A stretch of DNA of 64,000 nucleotides, from contig OZ244561.1 in NCBI GenBank assembly GCA_965217585.1, forward strand, positions 736,001 to 800,000, given 5' to 3'. Under the pieces are notes generated by a model, which saw only the letters and a list, made by a program, of their open reading frames with translations, searched no databases and had not been told where the DNA came from. Origin of the DNA: Candidatus Latescibacterota bacterium. Its GTDB lineage: Bacteria; Latescibacterota; UBA2968; UBA8231. Shown piece after piece: positions 57,409 through 64,000 of this stretch (its first letter is position 1; every line of letters starts with the position of its first letter). A program made the translations under genes and the position numbers.

Positions 57409-60023
57409 TAGCGATCGTACCCTGCGATAAGGACAATGAAAAAGCGCGACACTCCGCCATCGCGCGTGCGCGCCACTGCGGGATCGAGGTATTCTTCGTG
57501 GCGTAGTTCAATACCCGTGTTGGAAACAATGGTATAGCCGGTGTACTTGCCCTTGACCGTGAACATTAAAACAGAGCTGGTCGAGTTCAGTTGACGCGCT
57601 TCGTCAACGCGGTCGAGGATGCGGAAGGCCAGCGGTGCCCACAACGCCCGGGCGAAGGGGATGCCCAGCCCCTGCTGCCCGAACTGCACGAGGGTGTTTT
57701 CCGTTAGTCTCAGATCGAAGCGCAGGATGGGCGCAATCTGGTTCCACGACTCTAGGGCACGCCGCCGACCACTGTGGATGGCGTGTTTGTATAAATGCTT
57801 GAGCATAGCTTGGAAGCGCAGCCGGCCACGTTCGTATGTGTAGTCCGCCTTATTGACCAAGGTGAAGGTCTGTAAGTGCGTCTCGGCGCTCAGTTGTCGG
57901 TTTAAGATCCACTGCGCGTTGTTTTCGACATTGAGCTTGGCCAAACGCTGGAACTTGGTGCCGACAAAGGAGGTGTGGACCCACGAGTTGGCCATATTCA
58001 AAGGGTCGGGCGTCGGCGGCTGATTGGGGTTGTTGTCCTCGCCAGCGCGAAAGATAAAGACCGAGTCCGGCACCGTGTCCTCGACTCGCTTGCTGTCGTG
58101 GTTGAGCTGCACGCGGCCCCAGCGCGGCACGTCGAAATGGTAGGCAACGCGCCCGTAGCGCGACACGGCCTGCCCCGGCCCAACGATCTCTTGCTGGCGG
58201 TAGTAGCCCACCCCGCCCGATAGCCCTTGCCAAGCGGGCAGGGAGACAAAGCCATGCAGGCCCTCGCGGTCGCGGTCGTAGGGATAGTCGGGCTTGTTGT
58301 CGTTTTCGCGCTCGTCGATAACGCCGTTGTTGTTCAGGTCAATGCCATAGACAAATTCCTGCGGATCGGAAAAGTAGAGCAAAAACGGCTCCTCAAAATC
58401 CGGCACCCCGTTGGCGTTTTTGTCGTCGTCGGGGATGTTGTCGTTGTCCTCGTCGAGCCCGGGAAAAACGCCGGACTCGATCTCGGGGCCATTGGGATAG
58501 TCGCGCAAATTGTCGTCGGCGTAGCGGTCGTCGTCGTCGTTGTCATCGACCAAGGGAAACTCGGACAGCATTTGCTGGTCCTTGCTCTCACCGGCTTGGT
58601 CCGTGTAGAGCCGCACCCCGCCGCGCCGACTGTCGTACCCGCCGCCATAGCGCGGCCCCATGCGGAAGACTTCCCCACCCACTTCCCACAGACCGATGTC
58701 CTTGAGCGCGTTGACGTACCAGGCCGCGTCCTGCTCGGTGCCGTGCCGACCGCGCAGCACGGGGAAACTGCGGTAGAGCAGGTTGCGCTCGTATTCGGCG
58801 CGGACTTTTAGGCCGACAAAGGTGCCTGTGAGATCAAAGCCAAAAATCGTCTGGCCGGTAGAAAGGCCGTAGTCAAATGCCACCTCGCGCCGATTGGAAA
58901 AATCCCCGACCTCTTTAGCGGCCCGCGCCTGGGTCTGGAAGGGGGTGTTGCGCGGCGTGAACTGATCGCGCAGCGCGTCGAAGAACAGATGCTCCTGCGC
59001 CACTTCGATGCGGTAGTCGTTGGCCACGGCCGCCCGGATCGCCGCCCTTTGCGGCGCAAAATCCTCCGGCAGCACAAAGATGTATTCCACGGTCTCCGCG
59101 CCGCGCACCTCCCGGAAACCATCGCCGCGGCGGCCGCCCAACACTTGCGGTTGCAGAGCTGGGTCAAAGTGGGGATTGTCGGGATCGCTGCTAACGACCG
59201 CAACCCCTTCCGGCCCCTCTCCTTCCAGTTCGATGAAGATGTCGTACACCACGGCCCCGGCCGCATCGGTTTGGGGCGAGTCGTCGCGGACGCGCACGGT
59301 AATCTGGGTCGGCGGCTGCATCTCGGGATAGGGAATGCTGCCGCGCAAAAAGCCGCCCTTGCTGCCCTGGGCTATATTGACTTGGTGCTGGTTGACAAAG
59401 GTGGCACCAAAGCGGAGCACATCGCCCACTCGGGTCTGCCAGTGCCCGGCGAAGTTGTACACTGGGTTTTGCTCTTTCAGCGAGAGAAAATCGGTGAGGC
59501 TACCGCGCCCTTGTTCCACCGGCGAGGAAAAGCTACTGAGCGTGGGAAAGAGCGACGAGTCAAAGCCGCGCGCGGTGAGCAAGGTGATCTTATTGGCCGG
59601 AAAGATCACATCCCAGCGCAGGCCATTAAAGCCGGCCTGCCGGAAGGTCATGGGGGTGAGTTCCGTGCGCACCTCGTCGCCCACGGTCAAGGCCCAATTC
59701 CACGGCCCGTACGCGTCGTGGGCAATGACTAGGTTGTTGAGCGAGCGATAGAGCGTGCCTTTGGTGATCTCGCTCAGGCCGGGCCGTTGCTCGTCCAATT
59801 GGTAGAGCATGAACCCCTCGGCGAGAAAATTGCCCAAGAAATCGTAGCGCGGCTCCAGGCGAATTTCGCGGCGATAGGGCCGGTAGAGATCTTCGCCGTA
59901 ATTGGCGTACTGGCTCAGGGGCGGGCGGCGCAGGAAATTGCGCGAAGGCTCGGCGTCGGGCAGGTCGGCCCACAGGGGGTGCCCAACCAAGGCGATCAGA
60001 AGAATCCAGCGACGGCCGCTCAT
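57408..60023 (-). CDS. Hypothetical exported / outer-membrane protein with Asp-rich Ca-binding-like (TSP3-like) insert
   Basis: Signal peptide from MSGRR, DDNDDDDRYAD..DEDNDNIPDDDKNANGVPD..DLNNNGVID, amphipathic strands, C-terminal FFIVLIAGY. Confidence 0.75.
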   Translation of the reverse strand: MSGRRWILLIALVGHPLWADLPDAEPSRNFLRRPPLSQYANYGEDLYRPYRREIRLEPRYDFLGNFLAEGFMLYQLDEQRPGLSEITKGTLYRSLNNLVIAHDAYGPWNWALTVGDEVRTELTPMTFRQAGFNGLRWDVIFPANKITLLTARGFDSSLFPTLSSFSSPVEQGRGSLTDFLSLKEQNPVYNFAGHWQTRVGDVLRFGATFVNQHQVNIAQGSKGGFLRGSIPYPEMQPPTQITVRVRDDSPQTDAAGAVVYDIFIELEGEGPEGVAVVSSDPDNPHFDPALQPQVLGGRRGDGFREVRGAETVEYIFVLPEDFAPQRAAIRAAVANDYRIEVAQEHLFFDALRDQFTPRNTPFQTQARAAKEVGDFSNRREVAFDYGLSTGQTIFGFDLTGTFVGLKVRAEYERNLLYRSFPVLRGRHGTEQDAAWYVNALKDIGLWEVGGEVFRMGPRYGGGYDSRRGGVRLYTDQAGESKDQQMLSEFPLVDDNDDDDRYADDNLRDYPNGPEIESGVFPGLDEDNDNIPDDDKNANGVPDFEEPFLLYFSDPQEFVYGIDLNNNGVIDERENDNKPDYPYDRDREGLHGFVSLPAWQGLSGGVGYYRQQEIVGPGQAVSRYGRVAYHFDVPRWGRVQLNHDSKRVEDTVPDSVFIFRAGEDNNPNQPPTPDPLNMANSWVHTSFVGTKFQRLAKLNVENNAQWILNRQLSAETHLQTFTLVNKADYTYERGRLRFQAMLKHLYKHAIHSGRRRALESWNQIAPILRFDLRLTENTLVQFGQQGLGIPFARALWAPLAFRILDRVDEARQLNSTSSVLMFTVKGKYTGYTIVSNTGIELRHEEYLDPAVARTRDGGVSRFFIVLIAGYDR

Positions 60024-61678
60024 TAGAACACCACCCCCACTGCGCCGGTCCATACATCGTCTATATCAGCATCGATCTCAACGCGCAACAAGTACAGCCC
60101 CGGCGCAACTAGCCGCCCCCCGTCGTTGCGGCCGTCCCATTGCAGCCGCTTGCGCCCGGCAGTGGCTGGCCGGTCGGCCCACAGGGTGCGCACTCGCCGG
60201 CCCGACAGGTCGTACAGGACCACAGTCATGGCCTGCGGATGTTGCACCTTGGCCAAGTCGATTTGAATGTGCACCGGACCAGAGCCGGCGTTAAAGGGGT
60301 TGGGCCGCACCGCAACGGCAGCGGCGGACAGGGGGCGGGACGCAAACCCCCGTCCCACGAGGGTCCAAGCATCTTCGGCGGCGGGCCGGGCGTTTTGGAA
60401 ATTGGTGCTGTCGCCGAGGGCAATACTAGCGCGCACCGCGAGGGTGGGGCGCAAAAGCGCCGAGGAAAAATCCACTTCCAGCCGGCCCGCTCGCCGGACG
60501 CGATGCTCCGTAGCCAACATCAGCCGAATTTCCCGGTCGTCCCACTCCGTCCAGTACCCGTCTTCCGGCAGCGCCACGCCGTCAAAGCGCACCTGCTGCA
60601 CATCGCCTGGCAGGCCAATGCGCACCCGGTCGAAGCCGAGGTCTTGGGCCTCTATATCCACGTCGAGGATGTAGGTGAACAGGGTATCGGCACCCAAGAC
60701 CGGCCGCCGCGGCTCAATGGCTCCCGTGACCTCCCTGGCAAAGAGCTGTTCGACAAAGGACACTTTCACTTGCTCCAAGACCGGGGTGGTGAGCGGATGG
60801 CGCGTTTCCATGATTGCCCGGTATTGCAAAAATTGCGCCGGCTCGGGTTCGCTGAGTCCAACGCCCTCCCCAGCCTCTGCGAGATTCCACGCCGGCACCC
60901 GGTGCCACGGCTCCCAAGTCTCGCCGTCGGCCGAGGTGCGGAACTGCAAGCGCAAGAGTGTGCCCGGCGACGCCTGCCCGGCAAAGTGCGCCCGGCCAAA
61001 GTTGACCGGCTGCCCGGCGTCGAACACCTCCGACTCAAACGACCCTTCCCCCATAAATCCCTCGCCGAACACTTCGATCTCGCCCACGGTGACCCAATTG
61101 GGCGGATCCTCGCGCGTTATGCGCAGCCGCACAAAGCGCCCCAGCACCGGCAGGGGCCTGCCGTCCGCAGCGGTCTCGATCCAAGTGGAATCAGCCGAGG
61201 TATCGACGATGGGGTCGGGATTTTCCGCCCACTGCGCCACGATGACCCAATCGTCCGGGGTGGCTTCCTGCGCCACTTCGAGGCGGTAGCCTTTCAAAAA
61301 GAACAGCGGGCGCTGTTCAATGGTTTTGCCAGAGAAGATGCGCACTCGGCTCACGCCCCGGTCGCCGCCCAAATCGAGCCGAATCCACTCCCCTAGGACT
61401 TCGGCCGTATTGTTGAAGCGCCACTCCGTGTCGGTATTGCCGTCCGTAACGCTGCGGCGGCCACTCAGAGTGTTCGGGCCGGAGAGGGCCGTCGCACCCA
61501 AGGCTAGGTTCGCACCGCGAAAGGAGGCCAGCGTCAACCGGCCCAAGCTGTCGATCTCCGTGCCCAACAAGAGGCCGGCTGAGAAATCGTCGGCTCCCGC
61601 CTGCACCCACTCGCCGGCCATTGCCGGAGCGCAACAGAGCACGACCGAGCCGAGCCAATGACCCATCGCCCTAATCAT
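60023..61678 (-). CDS. Exported discoidin (F5/8 type C)-like protein with C-terminal FlgD-Ig/sorting domain
   Basis: VTDGNTDTEW, EWIRLDLG, RFVRLRI..EIEVFG; tail PNPF...LYDLSGRRVRTL...WDGRNDGG.LVAPGLYL. Confidence 0.82.
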   Translation of the reverse strand: MIRAMGHWLGSVVLCCAPAMAGEWVQAGADDFSAGLLLGTEIDSLGRLTLASFRGANLALGATALSGPNTLSGRRSVTDGNTDTEWRFNNTAEVLGEWIRLDLGGDRGVSRVRIFSGKTIEQRPLFFLKGYRLEVAQEATPDDWVIVAQWAENPDPIVDTSADSTWIETAADGRPLPVLGRFVRLRITREDPPNWVTVGEIEVFGEGFMGEGSFESEVFDAGQPVNFGRAHFAGQASPGTLLRLQFRTSADGETWEPWHRVPAWNLAEAGEGVGLSEPEPAQFLQYRAIMETRHPLTTPVLEQVKVSFVEQLFAREVTGAIEPRRPVLGADTLFTYILDVDIEAQDLGFDRVRIGLPGDVQQVRFDGVALPEDGYWTEWDDREIRLMLATEHRVRRAGRLEVDFSSALLRPTLAVRASIALGDSTNFQNARPAAEDAWTLVGRGFASRPLSAAAVAVRPNPFNAGSGPVHIQIDLAKVQHPQAMTVVLYDLSGRRVRTLWADRPATAGRKRLQWDGRNDGGRLVAPGLYLLRVEIDADIDDVWTGAVGVVF

Positions 61679-61964
61679 CTATCCAAGCCTCCAAACCCCA
61701 GCTTTCTAACGTGGTCTGTATGGAAGGAGCGAGTTGCTGGAAGCGCAACGTCGGTCCCAATTGCCCCAAACGGATCACCTCTCGCTCGAGCAATGGATTG
61801 AGGCTTCGCACTTCGTTAGCCACGATGCAGACCTCCGTTACCCCTTCCTCGACATGCGATTGCAGGCACTCATACAAGATGTCGAACTCCAGCTTACTGA
61901 TATACCCCATGAGTTCGATGGTCAACGTCCCGCCACAGCGGTTCAATGTGTTAATGCGTATCAC
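61671..61964 (-). CDS. Small STAS-like domain protein
   Basis: 97 aa, TLTIELMGYI...EVRSL...SIQTTLESWGL pattern; overlaps the downstream gene. Confidence 0.55.
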   Translation of the reverse strand: MIRINTLNRCGGTLTIELMGYISKLEFDILYECLQSHVEEGVTEVCIVANEVRSLNPLLEREVIRLGQLGPTLRFQQLAPSIQTTLESWGLEAWIDD

Positions 61965-61981
61965 GCTGACGCCCTCCCATC

Positions 61982-63313
61982 TCAGTCCACATCGACTAAT
62001 TGCCGTGCCAATGAGCCTTCCCGCGTCAAGGCGTACACCAAGATGTTGATGCCAAGGTCATAGACCGGCAGCTCATCAGCACCCGTGTCAAAACGACCGA
62101 TAAGGTTGGCGGCCCGATCCGACTCGCGGATCCGTTCAGCCTCGCCAGCCCATAGGTCTGTGTAGTTTTTTTGTGAGTAAAACCCCACTATGTGGCCATT
62201 AACTTCAATGCCCTCTAGGTAATCGGGCGACAATTTGGCGCGAATCCTAGTGTTCCAATACCAGAAGCTGATGTCCCAGAAACCTCGCGGCAGGGTGCCC
62301 ACGTCGTAGAAGCAATGGTAGAGCGGGTGCTCGGGCGGCAAGCGCACAAAAGACCAATCCTTGTGTTCGGTGTAGTCAACTTGCTGAAAGGCTTGGCGAA
62401 TAAAATCGCGCAACGCCGGCAGGTCGTGCTGATGGCCGCCAGCGATGAGGAGAGGCTGGGAGACAATCTCCGCATAGAGGAATCCGCCCGACGTTAGATA
62501 GCGTCCCAGATTTTTAGCTTCGGCCTGGGTGAAGGCGACTTCTTCCTTAATCGTCAGCAGCAGAAACGGCACCTGCATCAGCCGCGGATCGTCCAAGGCG
62601 ATGCCGTCGAGCACTTGGGTGCGCACGCCGGTGCGCACGCTCATTTTGTCGGCTAGCCCCTGCAGGATGCGCCGCTCGGCAATGCTCCGCGACCACCCAC
62701 CGCTGCGCACCAAACCCGAACTGGCTTCGGCGCGCTCAAGGGCTTCGCTGTGGACGCCCGATAGGTAGAGAAAGCCCTTGAGATTGCGCCGATCGCGCGG
62801 ATCGACGACCACTAACGCCCGATGGCGACCCGTGTCGAGGGCATCCACATCGAGCAGTTCCATGTTCAGGTCGATCTCCTCGGCTTCCTGGTGGACCCCC
62901 TTTACGACGCCCGTGCGCATCTGAGGACCGATGCGTTGCGTTGGCAGGAGAGAAGCCGTAACCGTCGGCAGGATGGGCGGCGGTGTCTCGGTGACCGTCA
63001 GGGGTATAGGCATGCCCTGACGCAGGTTGTGGCGGGTAGTCAGGGGAGCGGGACGGACCGCGACCACCGGGGTCGGCCGTACCGTCGGACGGCGCACGAG
63101 GGGTCTTTGTATCTGCGGGGGTACGGGTCGCCGCAACAACCGGCGGTCGGGCGGTGGCCTTTTGTCGAATTTCAGCAATATGGGTCGCCGGTGATCCAGT
63201 GGCTCGTCGGCTATCCAGAGAAAGAGCAAGGACACGTGGAGGACCGCAGAGAGCCCGATGAATGCGGCGACGCGGCGACCAGAGGGAGATCGATATGGTC
63301 GGTAGAAGGGCAT
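61982..63313 (-). CDS. DUF4159 protein with N-terminal TM and Pro/Arg-rich stalk
   Basis: GLSAVLHVSLL TM, Pro-rich region, LDDPRL..VPFL, EAKNLGRYL.SGGFL, LPPEHPLYHCFYD, LGINILVYALT; ATG 63313. Confidence 0.8.
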   Translation of the reverse strand: MPFYRPYRSPSGRRVAAFIGLSAVLHVSLLFLWIADEPLDHRRPILLKFDKRPPPDRRLLRRPVPPQIQRPLVRRPTVRPTPVVAVRPAPLTTRHNLRQGMPIPLTVTETPPPILPTVTASLLPTQRIGPQMRTGVVKGVHQEAEEIDLNMELLDVDALDTGRHRALVVVDPRDRRNLKGFLYLSGVHSEALERAEASSGLVRSGGWSRSIAERRILQGLADKMSVRTGVRTQVLDGIALDDPRLMQVPFLLLTIKEEVAFTQAEAKNLGRYLTSGGFLYAEIVSQPLLIAGGHQHDLPALRDFIRQAFQQVDYTEHKDWSFVRLPPEHPLYHCFYDVGTLPRGFWDISFWYWNTRIRAKLSPDYLEGIEVNGHIVGFYSQKNYTDLWAGEAERIRESDRAANLIGRFDTGADELPVYDLGINILVYALTREGSLARQLVDVD

Positions 63314-63335
63314 CGTCGGTTTGGATTTTTCTCGT

Positions 63336-64000
63336 CTAATCGTCCGGTTTTGTCTGGTTGGACAAGATGTATATGCCACTGCCCCCACCACGAACGGCAT
63401 TCTCCAGCACTACCAAATCTAGATCACCGTCTCCATCCACATCGCCTTCCACAATCGTCCCGCCCAACCCTTGCAACGGATAGCGGCCTTCCCGGAGTGG
63501 CATTCCGTTCTTTCTTCCCATACTGACGACGAGTGCCGGCTGGCGGAAATCGCGATCTACAAACATCGCGTCCAAGAGACCATCTTCATTTAGGTCGGAA
63601 AATACCGCATCCTGTTGCACGAAACCCCTTTCATACCATGCAACCTTGTCCAAGACGCCGTCTCCTCGATTGATTAAAAGATCTAGCCCGGTGAGCATAG
63701 GACTCATATTCATAGAGGCGACGGCCCTTCCCGCAACCATATCTGTATCTCCATCCCGATCAAGATCGCCCGCGTAGCATATCAAATCCGCCGCCGCATC
63801 CACTCTGAGATACTCTTGAATGGTTTCCCCATGTTCACCCAAATAGGTCGCCATATAGTCATGCGGGGTGCCAACATCGGGGCCTTTCCAAAGTAATCCA
63901 GTCTTTCGGCCGCCCGGAACATGGTAGATCAGACGCATGGGGAACCAAGCAAACTCGCCCAATTCGGGTGCCAGAGCCATTTGTTCGTCGAACTGTCCCT
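63336..64000 (-). CDS. FG-GAP/VCBS repeat protein (5' end beyond the window)
   Basis: GDLDRDGDTDM, DLNEDGLLD, GDVDGDGDLDLV repeats. Confidence 0.85.
   Translation of the reverse strand, partial: GQFDEQMALAPELGEFAWFPMRLIYHVPGGRKTGLLWKGPDVGTPHDYMATYLGEHGETIQEYLRVDAAADLICYAGDLDRDGDTDMVAGRAVASMNMSPMLTGLDLLINRGDGVLDKVAWYERGFVQQDAVFSDLNEDGLLDAMFVDRDFRQPALVVSMGRKNGMPLREGRYPLQGLGGTIVEGDVDGDGDLDLVVLENAVRGGGSGIYILSNQTKPDD

Overview
GC-rich, diderm bacterial chromosome segment. Gene content (LptD, several FlgD-Ig/T9SS-like C-terminal domains, PhyH, sulfatase, CRTAC1/FG-GAP proteins) suggests an FCB-related lineage such as Ca. Latescibacterota; this is inference, not a database result. Positions 1-10.8 kb and 15.9-26.4 kb are housekeeping operons (efp-accB-accC-gcvH, HNH-scpA-scpB-rluB-cmk-rpsA, mutS; rlmB-lptD-dtd-maf-rodZ-priA-PorZ-like-DUF4159). 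They are separated by a toxin-antitoxin/defence islet after mutS (DUF2442/DUF4160, TPR, DUF2188, XRE-ImmA/IrrE, AbiE pair). Next come a PIN islet, a minus-strand operon (UXS, DUF6807-like, RND tripartite pump, CRTAC1), VapBC and PhyH. The most unusual locus is 39.95-50.4 kb. A BlaI repressor with two palindromic operators precedes two paralogous M56 (BlaR1-like) peptidases whose C-termini are built from variable numbers of ExbD-like domains, an unrecognised 'WSDELKTQLLALKP' repeat and an FlgD/T9SS-like tail. An orphan C-terminal module lies between them, different lower-GC cargo genes follow (TPR-thioredoxin; ABC permease broken by an IS630 element), and a 30-bp direct repeat closes each unit. 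The window ends with a sulfatase, a sialidase-like gene and a translationally coupled cell-envelope cluster (lipoprotein, TPR, Asp-rich putative outer-membrane protein, discoidin-FlgD, STAS, DUF4159, FG-GAP). I saw no rRNA, tRNA or CRISPR array. Two candidate structured RNAs are flagged.
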